A stretch of 61,025 nucleotides of DNA, filler included, from Sphacelaria rigidula (taxonomy: Eukaryota): the NCBI GenBank assembly GCA_964200075.2. It is 5 parts of 5 records of this genome, joined end to end, with 100 filler letters (N's around TTAATTAATTAA, not from the genome) between each part and the next. Parts side by side here need not be neighbours in the genome. Positions count along the whole stretch, not along the records: positions 48,903 to 61,025 come from CAXNAA020004099.1; 4 more parts are not named here. The stretch is one strand, 5' to 3'. The position numbers were made by a program, and so were the translations under genes. Shown here piece after piece: positions 50,494 to 61,025 of the stretch; within the stretch, counting starts at the first letter, position 1, and every line of letters starts with the position of its first letter. Below the pieces are notes generated by a model, which did no database searches, was not told where the DNA came from, and saw only the letters and a program-made list of their open reading frames with translations.

Positions 50494-51421
50494 CTATTTT
50501 GTCGTGTTCTACCCCGATTCTCACATGCACGCTTCTTTCTTTTCAAAACTAGAACTGTTTCAGCACGAAACAATAACGCCTCCGAGAGCTCGGCTCACCG
50601 CAGTTCACCATTGTGCACTGGAGTGGCTGAAACAGCCGGGCATATTTTTCTTTCGACCACTGCCTTCGCAAATACGCTTCGGAGGATAATTTAGTTCAGC
50701 GTACAATCAAAACTACAGCAAAACGCCAAGCCACGTGTGCTGCATATCGTACTTCTTACACAGTCACTTGATCGACTGTCATTCGCAGCCGAACTTTAGA
50801 ATGGCTGCTTTGTGCGCACCTCGCTTCAGAACCACGTTGATGCTGCCAGCGAGGAGGTACCAAATCACCGCACCTTTTTCCACATCGTTGAGATTCTTGC
50901 GTTGTGGCTTCTGGGAGGCACTCGCGGCAGCTGACATGCCTCGCCAGAAGATGGGAAGGCTTTTGACCGGAGGTTCAAAGTTGGGGTGGTGATTTTCGAG
51001 CGACTTCTGCTGGGGTGGGACAAACGTTTTTGGCGGCGGCTTTGAAAAAGATCGGTTCTGCGCGATCGGCGTCAGCATATCAAAAATGAGGGAAAAAACG
51101 GTTCGAAAAAAAAATGTACCATGGGCCTGAGTTAGACCGCATCTTGCCCTTATCGATCTTATATTTCCGAACAAAGGGGGTATGAAAGAGCTGCGAACTA
51201 ACCACGTACTACGTTTGAAGTCGTCTCACGGGACCATGGACACTACTGGAGTGGATATTGGAAATCCCGTACGAGACGCTAATCCTGACGAGTACCCTGA
51301 CAAAAATGCACCACTGCCACTAATCCTCACGCATGCAAGCCGACGCCTTTCTAAACCAGCCCCAATAATGAAATGCTATCTTGACATTAATCTCTATTAT
51401 GTTCCATGTATGTATGAGCAG

Positions 51422-54400
51422 AACTTTTGTGGAGACTTCGTACAAGCCTTGTGCCCACAGAACGGCTGCCCAGACACGGCCGGCGATTACGACGTACTTT
51501 TCCCCGAACCCGTCGGAGGCAATACGTCTGACGGGTATGTCGTGCGACTTCAAGACGTCTACGCGGAAGCCGACGATGCCGAATGCTCTGCACCCTTCAC
51601 CCTCGTGTCTTCTGAGAACATGCCTGTAGAAGGAGAGCAAGGTGGCGCAACGCTTGAGGTGCTTCTGCCGGGAGTGAACAATAACTTTACTGCTGGCGAG
51701 GATGGTGTTATCGAGGTGTGTGTGCGCGCGCGTGCGCGTTTTGATAAGCTAAATAGACGACATTTTCGTGAGATTGAGTGTAGAGGATACGATTGGTAGT
51801 GGAAAGCGGTCAATTAGTGAATGGATCATTTCAGTTCCGCAATGCACCTCCACGAGGCCTGATATTATTTCTGTAGTCGCTTGCCACTGAGGCGCTTGAT
51901 ATCCCTGAGTAGGATATCGACGTGTAGCTGTAAGCACACGGTAGTGACAGAGGCAAAGAGAAGCACACATGGAATGAAAAAATGGCTAAGTTAAAGCGAA
52001 TGATCGAAGCCAGTCTCAATCCACGCTCTAATGTAAATTTCACGAAAGTGTTGTCGATAGTAGGACCTACTTGAAAGAGGTTGGATGCATTCATGTTGTG
52101 ACCGGGGCTGAATCCGTCGCGCCTGGCAGTAGAGTTTGCGCAAGATTTTCGTCAAATCTCTATGGTTGAAACATACTCGATCTTAGTCAAGCACTACCCA
52201 AATAAAGATCTTTAACCCTTAGACCGCGAGGCTAGACTTCTGTTGAATCGACATCAATTTCAAGTGAAAAAAAGTGTGCATGATCCAGAAAGACTAATCT
52301 CACGGTCTATGGGTTAAAAGGGCCGACGGTATCGAGTGCTTCCATCGTGCGCAGCACACGTTCCACTTCAAATTGCGGCCGCAGGCGCCTATTCAACCTC
52401 TTCCCCATACGCATATCCTCCACACGAGGGTTCTCGGTATGCCGTCGTTTAGGGTCAAGGTCAGAGTGAGAATTATATTCACGATGCGTCAACCATGGAG
52501 ACTTGACGACGTAGTCCTGTATGCCCGTGTCCTACCAGTGGATGAGTTAATGTGCGACAAACAATCTACCGATTAATCGACATTAAATTAATCAAAGACG
52601 ATAGTGAGTCCTCGGGAAGAAGGGCTTCTTCATTATTTCTTCTCCCCAAGCGGCCTACAACAGCAGCATCCCTGGCTTGGGATCTTGGGAGGGAAACGAT
52701 CGGATATTTCGATATTTCGTTAAGGAGATGAACCATTAACTGCGATGCACCGATGCCTTTTGCTTACTCCGATCTCCTCTCATATTGGTGTAAGCCTTTC
52801 GTGTATGAACCCTTTGACCGCCAGGGGTAGACCATCTGTTGAATCGGTACCACTTGTTTTCATAAAAAATGTATTCAAGACCCAAATTAATTGGGGACCG
52901 AAACAATCTACTCTAACGAGAGAGGTATCTCCAAGTCGAGATTCCCGGTATATATCACGCTCGTTTACAGATAAATGTGTTGGGAACCTCGAGTTTGAGG
53001 TACCCCTGTAGCGCCCAGTTGTGCAGATGGCCTTCCGTTGGCCTGGCACTTCAGGAGGGTTCGGAATAATTGTTCCGGTGAAGGAAAATGCCCGCGTACA
53101 AACAGGGAGATCTGGACCCACCGGACCGTTGACGCCCACCGCTCACTTATATATCCGCGTTCCGTGTCGTGATGAGTACAGTAAAGATACAGTGCAGTAC
53201 CCCACATTTATGTTGGGTGGGTGGAGATCACGATGAGGAGTGACGGTGTCACGACACGCATGTAGTATGTTTACCTAGCCGTTCGGGCGCTCTTCGTTGG
53301 AATAGTCTTCGCAGCAGACAGATGACCCCCCAAAACTCCACTGCTCCGCCCATTGAGGGATGCGGGATCACTCGTCAAACGACTAAGGCAAACAGCGAGT
53401 GAATACGCTCCTCTCCTCCAAACAAAAACCCCAACCTGCGTGCTCAATCATATGGCCATAACCACTACACTCGTCATTCTCCAAAAACACATTGTATTTC
53501 TGTCTGATCCATCGCCCTATTGCCATATAGGGATCATTTACGCATACATTGTCCTACTCCAAATGTTCGCGGGACTGTTACGTCGTCGTATTCCCGGAAC
53601 AGAAAGCCTTGGGCAGTATGATGGTTGGGGCCTTGAACGGCGGTCTCTCCTGCCTGACCCTGCATTTACCCATCGACTCTCTCTCCCACCTTGTGCCGCA
53701 CCCCCTCGGCGCCGCAGTCACCCCTGAAGTATATCTTCACCTCTCCGTCGTTAAGTTAGTTTTAATGACTTGTGCACAGAACTTGGCTCCCGCGCGTGTC
53801 GAATCCACAAAATAAAAAGTCGATGGTGGTAGCGGCGTGTATGCCGCTCTCATTAACGTCGGAAACTACGGTGTTTGTGCTGACCAAAATGCCATGAAAA
53901 CGGTCAGTAACCCCCCCCCCCCCCCTCCTTCAATGGTCGAATGACTAAGGCGAGCAACAAATGAGTACGCCCCCCCTCCTTCAAAACAACTTTCCGAAGT
54001 CGCGCAGAGCACTCCTACTCCCTCAATAAATACTGCACGGACTCCAATCGAACGAGAGACATCGCGCCCAGTCGTAAAGCGACCAAGCGCTTCTATGCTT
54101 TGCACGTCATGATTCCCTCGGTCCAACAGGTTGATATATTTGGGTCGACCAGGAAGCAGGCAAAATACTGCATGTGTTTTCAGATGTGATCCTCTGACCG
54201 CCAGGGTGGTTGGTCATCTGGAGTTTGCCCCCCATGTTTCAGAAATGTCTACACATTCCTCTATGTTTGTCGTCAATGTACAGTAGCACTGTTCATGCAT
54301 TACTCCTGGTTGTAGTCGTGTGTGTCTGAGGAGTACCGTCGGTATGACATGTGTCAGTTGGCATGTAACGTATGCGGAGGAATAAATGTCCACATCTGGA

Positions 54401-56999
54401 GAACAGCTCTTGACGAACTATCAGCGTTGAAAATCGAATGGAATTACGAGTTCGACGCGATTCTATAAAATATCGACGAAAAAACGTCGATATTGATATT
54501 TCTGTCGATACTCGAAAAATGGCCAAACAACCGGTTTTCTGGTTTTCTGGGCCTTTTTTGCTACTTTTGAAGGATCATTTTTGCAAAAAAGAAGAAGGGG
54601 GGAACCACTGATGTGAGTACACTACCCCCTCCCCTGTTTAGCAGGCGGGCCCCCCGAGAGAGCCAGTGTGCGTATCGAAAGTATCGGCTTACCAGCTGGC
54701 GATCGATACTCGATATTTCGATACCCGATTTTCAATACTGCGAACTATGCTCGAGCTGTCTCTTGGATGAAAGCACTATCCTACCGGGACCATCAGCAGT
54801 CTGCGTCTGTTACACACTTGTTTGTGTTTGTTGGCCACAAGCGGCGTATTTCACAGCGTTGAACCTTGTCTTCTGCTCTGAAGTACTGCTGTACTTCTGC
54901 TGCCCAAGCTCTCCGACTTTCTGGATCAAACAAACGTCCGTAGTAGGAGTCAGCCCCTGACCCCACGTGTACGTATACACACTACAATATCAACATAATA
55001 ATACCCCATATTTTTCGAGGAAAAACGATGCCGCCCCAACAGACTGACCACTCTGACGGTTGGAAACATGAAGAACGCCCGGTCGCGAGAAGGGCCGTCT
55101 TCGTGTACTATCGCGAACACGGACGGGTTTGCCTCTCTTTCACGATGGTGCCCATACCTCGGTGTGTCCGTCCGTACTGTTCATATCCGCATGATACACC
55201 CTATCTTATGTGTTCGCCCAAAACCCCCGACAACTTGTTGTGTGTCCAGCTTGGTCGACGCCGAGCGCGGACAGACTCCCCGACGATATTTTACCGGAAA
55301 AAGACGCATGGTATGTGACCGTTGTGTATTTTTGTTTGTGAACGAGGGAAGAGTTGGACTCGGCGGGTACGAATGGTTGGTTTTGCTGCGCGTTGGGTAG
55401 CCACGTGCCCTGGCTACATGAGATACCCCAAGAAGGTATAGAATGTCAGCCCAAAAAAGGTATTTCTAGGGCTGGGTACTGCACCAGTGCACACTGGCAG
55501 TATGTACTACTGGTACTGGCAGTGTACGGGTACTGGAGAAAGAGCAGCCAGTACTGTCAGTACATTCTTATTTACAAATGTCCCACTTGACCGCCTCATT
55601 GTTCGATGGAACCCCATTTAATTACGCCGCAAGTGAAGCAAGAGCGCACTTTTTCAGATCTCTGGTGAAGCCAAATCGCCTCAGGATGAGCTTGTGGCGG
55701 GACTTCGTCACCGACTCAAGGTACTGGCAAGATCCAGCATTCTGGATGCGTCAGCAGCCGGTACACGATATACTGGCTTGCTGCACCAGTACCCAGCCCT
55801 ACGTATCTCAGAACGGGAAAGACCACATCGGGTACACCTTGTGGAAATCCGGCCAAACAAGGTTACGACGGGTTTCGATGGACGACATATCTCTTGTGCA
55901 TGGCCGTACGAAGCGAAAATATCTGGGATTTTTTTTTCCATCAAGGGACGAGTGGAGCACACATTCACAATTAGTGTGTGTCGGGAGTTCTGAGGGGGAA
56001 AAATCTCTCCCTAAGGCTACTTCTTACGTATAAAAAATAAAACTTGTTGAAAAGTGCGTTTTTGACCCTTCTCCGTCCTTCTTCCCCCGAAAAGAGGGCT
56101 AGGCGGCTGTTGACACTTCGGGATATGACTTGCTCTACTCGCTGAGACGGTTCCAGAGCACCTTTGCGTTTCCCGTAGCTCATGGTTTCATTAATCGCCA
56201 AACTTGCATTTTCAATAACATCGGTCAAGTTTCAAAAAAAATGTCAGTTTCTCCCCCGTTCTTAGATAACTTGACCGTTTGTTATTGAATATGTAAGTTT
56301 GGCCAAAAATGACACCATGACCTACGGGAAACGCAAAGGTGCTCTGGAACCGTCTCAGCGAGTAGAGCAAGTCATATCCCGAAGTGTCAGCAACCGCCTA
56401 GCCCTCTTTTCGGGGGGAAAACGACGGAGAAGGACCAAAAGTGCAACAAGTTTTAATTTTTGATACGCAAAACGTAGCCCAAGGCCGCTTCTTATGGCAG
56501 ACAAGAAGAAAAATCTAGAAGACGACCGTTTTGGAGCTTCTGCGTGTTTTACGACCATAAAGAGAGCTAGGCTCATTTTGATACCTTGGAATACCTTGCT
56601 GTACTCGTTGAGACGGTCCCAGCCTACGTGTGCGTTTTTCCGGTGGCGGCAGTCTTTTTCTTGGCCATACCATAACGGCATTTTTCTCGGAGACCGCTCA
56701 TTTTTCTCAGAGCCCGGCCACAAGAATCCAAAAATTGTCTGGACTTGACCGGTCTTCAAAAAATGAGCGGTCTCCCAGAAAAATGCTACTGAGTATAATA
56801 GTTTGGGCAAGAAAAAAAATGCGGCCGCCGCAGAAACGCACAAATGTGCTTGAACTGTCTCAGCGAGTACAGCGAGGCATTCCAAGGTGTCAAAATCTGC
56901 CCGGCTCTCCTTCAGGGCGTAAAACGACGCAGAAGCTCCAAAAAGGCAGTTTTGCAGGTTTTCCTTTTTAGCCTGCTGCCGCAAGATTTTTTTTTCTTC

Positions 57000-57051
<52 letters not shown>

Positions 57052-59871
57052 TTATTTTATTTTATTTTATTTTATTTTATTTTATTTTATTTTATTTTAT
57101 TTTATTTTATTTTATTTTATTTTCATGTCTTCTAGTCTACTCTGCTCTTGTTCTGTTCTACCTTTTCTGTTTCTCCCTTTTTGTTCGGAGAGTGTTTCAC
57201 TTTTGTTTCGTCTCGGGTACATCTATCATGTGGCCACGCCTAGATCCCTGCGGCGTCAGTCAAAGTGCGACGATCAATCAATCACTCATATCAAGAAGCG
57301 GCCTGTGGCGTGTTGCACTAATTGCGCGTGATGAATATGAATAATACACCGTTGGGGGGGCAAATATGCAATGTAGCTATACCACGGCGGCACGGTTTGC
57401 ACAGTTAAGCCCAGATCAGAGTCAGGACATTCCTGCGTTAGAAGTCACTCAAGATGTCCCTAGGAGTGATGCTACGGTAGGGGTGTATAAGTATGTTCTG
57501 AGGTTAGAATTGTTAGTGGCCGTTTATCTCATGCAAAACGCGACCTATGAACATATGTGGAAGTACGCCAGGATTAGTACTCCAATCTTGAATCGTCAGG
57601 AGCCCCTGAACTAGACATAATTTCGCGCAAAAAGTGCACTCCTACCGTAGCATTGCTCCTAGTCCCTAGACCACTGAAATGCTGATCACTGTGTGCTCTC
57701 ACATACTTCCATGAGTCCTTTTTCATGAGATTAACCCTTTTGGGGGACCGGACTCGCACTGACCAGGGACGGACCCCTGGTTTGCACGGAGGGGCTACTT
57801 GTGCATCGGCATCATTTTCAGTCGTTTTCAAGTAAAATGATGCCAATTCACACAAGTCCTTCGTCCCCGGTGAGTTTACTACGCTCCCAAAAGGGCCTAG
57901 GACTCCTAACAATTCAAACCTCGAAAATAATTAAATAATTTGTGCACCCGGGTTGGAAGGCTTGCACGGTAGGGATGGATGCACGTTTTGTTTCTGAGGC
58001 TTTGCACTGTAGGAGCTTCTCGATGACAAACATCTGGGCTTTAGCTTTATTAGCGTGCAGCCTCATAAATCCTTAGGACTAAAAAGTGCGCCCCTACTAC
58101 GGTAGAGTCGGGGTCCCTCTACCTTATTAGCATGACTCAATAATATCTGCCTGTATACTTTGTCTCGCCCATCACCTTTATTTCGCTGTAACAGTGATAT
58201 GTATCAACGAAGAGCATCATTCGCTGGATACGGGATAGAAAGCGCCCCCTGATTTTCAAGTAAACCAACTGCAAGTTTTTGGTCTATGGATGCTTGATCG
58301 AGAATGTACCGGTTTATCGGATTCGCATATACAGTTACCGCTGATTTTACTAGCATATGTTTTTTTTTTTCACCCCCTTGAACTTGAGGAAGCTACTTCC
58401 AATGTTTTCTTGCCGTATCTCTTAGAAGAGATGCTACGGAAGGGGTGCACAAATATTTTCTGGGGTTAGAATTGTTAGGAGCCCTTCATCTCATGCAAAA
58501 CACGACTGATGAAAATGTGTGAGAGTACGCCAGGATTACTATTCTTATGTGCTGGGGATTTTCCGAATGAATTCGCAAACGGGGATGCCCTGACCCACAC
58601 TCTTGTGCATCTAAAATTGTTAGAAGCCCCTGAACCAGACAAGATTTCGCGCAAAAAGTGCACCCCTACCGTCGTAGAATTGCTCTTCTTATTTTCATTT
58701 TGGTAATCTTTAAATTGATTGCGTTTGTTCCTGAAATCAGGCTGACGTCTCAAACAAATATGATGAAGGACTTGATGTCTTGTAGTCTTGAAAGGAATAG
58801 CAGGGACGGTATTGAAAAGACGGGCCTACGTCTATGACCACGGGTTAGAGAGATCGGACTCATGGCGAAAGTAATACTTCGAAGTATATATATATATATA
58901 TAAAAAAAAAATAGAACGATGTGGAGGTCGTGAGAATCCCGATGAGGTAGCAATCGTCGAACGTGGCCGATGATTTTCCTCGTGTTATGTAGTCAAGGAT
59001 TGACCGTAAGTCGTAGGGTTTAGGCAGATAGATCGCTCGGGAAAGCTCGACGAGCGCGAGCGAGTTAGCCCGAAGAAAAGTGATCCCCAGGACTTGACCG
59101 CAGTTCGCTGAACAGATCGCTGTTACCTTGGGGTCCCAGATCCGGCTGTACAGATGTGGGAGTTTCGGGGCTCCCGGGAACTACCCCTGTAACAGTCGTT
59201 GACTAGAATACACGTCACAAAAGGAAATATCTCCGCACATACGAAAATGGCGATCTCCACACACATGATATTTCTCGAAGTAGGCGTCATGCGCCAATAA
59301 ACACGTAGAAAAGTCGAGTAGAAATAATCAAATTTTGTTGTAGGCTGCCCGGCACTTCGACCGTTTGCTGACCGTGCGGTATAAACAAGGGAGAACAACA
59401 CACAGACCGTGTTCTCGTCTTGTGTTTATTCGAGAGTTCCGTCATCACGATCAGCCTGTTCTGTCGAGACAGCTCTCGGTCGTATCGATTGGTAGGGGCT
59501 ACTATACTGACGACATCAATACACCAACCACTACGCCGCGAAACACGCTATTCAAACCCATTCTGCTGCTGCTGCTGCTTCTGCTACTTACTGCTGCTGA
59601 TGCGTGTCTCGATCTGCCAGCCTGTCTGTCTAACCGCTTCTCTTCCTGCATGACCGCTCGCTTTCTCGCGCACTCCCCCCGCCCCCCCCCTCCCTCCCCA
59701 CCCCTCAAAACAAAATGCATATTTTTTTCCCGTCACAGTTCACGTACAACAACGGTATCGGATCTTCTGTCGACCGTTTCAGCATCGACCTTTACGCCGC
59801 CGATTCCTGCGGCAGCGGAAGCCCGGTGGCGATCTTGTGCCACAAGCCCGACGTCGGATGCAGGATTGCCG
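51422..59871 (+). CDS. Cys-patterned repeat protein, probably extracellular with beta-sandwich (Ig-like) repeats, partial. Exons ~51422-51715 and 59739-59871
   Basis: Exon A NFCGDFVQALCPQNGCPDTAGDYDVLFPEP..GYVVRLQDV..ECSAPFTLV..TLEVLLP..AGEDGVIE|gtgtgt joins in phase 0 to exon B FTYNNGIGSSVDRFSIDLYAADSCGSGSPVAILCHKPDVGCRIA|gtaagc. The CG..V..LC....GC pattern recurs in both exons. Confidence 0.7.
52216..52313. mobile_element. piggyBac-like MITE (TTAA TSD)
   Basis: TTAA|CCCTTAGACC...GGTCTATGGG|TTAA; related copy at about 60010-60106. Confidence 0.75.
56025..56467. mobile_element. Foldback element 1 (~440-bp hairpin)
   Basis: gacacttcgggatatgacttgctctactcgctgagacggttccagagcacctttgcgtttcccgtag has its exact reverse complement at about 56322-56388. 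Confidence 0.85.
56490..56985. mobile_element. Foldback element 2 (~500-bp hairpin), related to element 1
   Basis: ttttggagcttctgcgt..gagaccgctcattttt pairs with aaaaatgagcggtctc..acgcagaagctccaaaa; shares tactcg(c/t)tgagacgg with element 1. Confidence 0.8.
56999..57123. repeat. Compound microsatellite (TAT)n-(TTTTA)n
   Basis: Read directly from the sequence. Confidence 0.95.
57464..57658. mobile_element. MITE with GAG-starting TIR flanked by CTAG; second copy at about 58428-58686
   Basis: ctag|gagtgatgctacggtaggggtg...cactcctaccgtagcattgctc|ctag; the copy shares atctcatgcaaaac and tttcgcgcaaaaagtgcac. Confidence 0.7.
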
Positions 59872-61025
59872 GTAAGCAGCAACGGTACCAAGGATAAGGG
59901 CGCGTTTTATCGAGACGAGGAAAAAATGATCATGAGATCGTAGAAATGAAGATGATGGCAATGACGACCCGCTCACGTGTGTGCGGCAACCATTTCACGT
60001 TTCCTTCAACCCTTAGGCGGCGAGTGTAGGTCATCTTTTAAATCGGCATCAAGTTCACTTTAAAAAAGTATGCATGATCCAGATGAACTTTCCACGGGGT
60101 CTAAGGGTTGAGTTCAGTAGTGTCTCATCTCATGCTCCATTAGAGGTATCTCGAACTCGGCTCCCGGTATCCTGGTATATTCGCTGGCTCTGGCTGAGTT
60201 GTGTTCTATTTTTTTTCCAAGTGAAAGTGATCTCGATTCATAGGAGGACCTGACCTGACAATGAATGGGGTCTCATCATCTGATGAATCGCCATCACTTT
60301 AACTTGAAAAGATAGAACAAAAATCAACCAGGGTACCGGGATCCGAGTTTGAGATACCTCTATTAACCCTTGGACCACGGTGCGGGTAGTCCATCTGGAT
60401 CACGCGTACTTTTTTCAAGTGAATATTTATCCATATACGTATAAATATCCGCAAGTGGGACAACTCATGACCTACCTGAGACATCTAATCGAAGAGAATT
60501 CTCAGATACATTGTCCGTGAACACAGAATACTACGTGACATCAGGGTCCGAGAAACCAAAGCGCTACCTTCACGCTACTCCGCGAAGTCGGCGTCCAGCG
60601 CTGCACGGAGCAAACGTGGAAAAAGAGGGGCCAAATGAGCTAGCTTATGGTCCACAACAGTACACCTATAATAATAGGTACTATCAAGGCAGCGCATGAG
60701 CTGTCCGGCGTGTGCGAATGTCGGAACAGAAAAAAAAAAAAACAGGGTTGAAATTTCTGGTGCGGCATCGTGTCAGGTTCTCAGGGACCAAAAGATGGTG
60801 GATGGTCTTAAGACGAGTCTTCGTCTCCGGGGCACTCACTCACTTTTGAGCCAAGTTAAGAACGTACCTGTTGTAGACGAGTCTCTGCACGTACATACTC
60901 GTTATTTCGAATCCCTTCTGTATGTGGCTTATGTACGAGGACCTTTTTTTTTGTTTTCGACCCCCTGTATGGTGTGTGTTGTTGTTGTATTTTGTCGTCC
61001 CATCTATTCTGGACGCCAGTCTAAA

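Noticed and set aside
53549..53640. Extra exon of the Cys-repeat gene (CYVVVFPEQ resembles YDVLFPEP)
   Set aside because: No convincing splice sites, and exons 51715 and 59739 already join in frame.
56844..57344. Poly-Tyr/FILFY membrane-protein ORF
   Set aside because: Translation of the (TAT)n-(TTTTA)n microsatellite.
14440..59871. Functional gene cluster (RSM22, CFAP43, nucleotidase, repeat protein)
   Set aside because: The genes lie on different contigs joined by artificial linkers.

Overview
Eukaryotic, intron-rich and repeat-rich DNA, most likely from a brown alga (Phaeophyceae); this is inferred from gene content, short exons in multi-kb introns and the repeat landscape. The window is not one locus. 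It is five contigs (1-12127, 12228-24354, 24455-36579, 36680-48802, 48903-61025; lengths 12127, 12127, 12125, 12123, 12123) joined by 100-nt N spacers carrying TTAATTAATTAA, so it is a size-sorted artificial concatenation. Contig 1 holds a decayed, internally deleted chromodomain-bearing Ty3/Gypsy retrotransposon and low-complexity DNA. Contig 2 holds six exons of the mitoribosome assembly factor RSM22/METTL17 (minus strand). Contig 3 holds eleven exons of flagellar CFAP43 (plus strand), three with GC donors. Contig 4 holds a 4-exon acidic/coiled-coil gene with a hydrophobic tail and a HAD-family 5'(3')-deoxyribonucleotidase exon. Contig 5 holds two exons of a Cys-patterned repeat protein separated by about 8 kb. 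Introns contain two tRNA-derived SINE families, several MITE/foldback families and a TIR element filled with a ~42-bp palindromic repeat array. No CRISPR/cas, Fanzor or prokaryotic system is visible.
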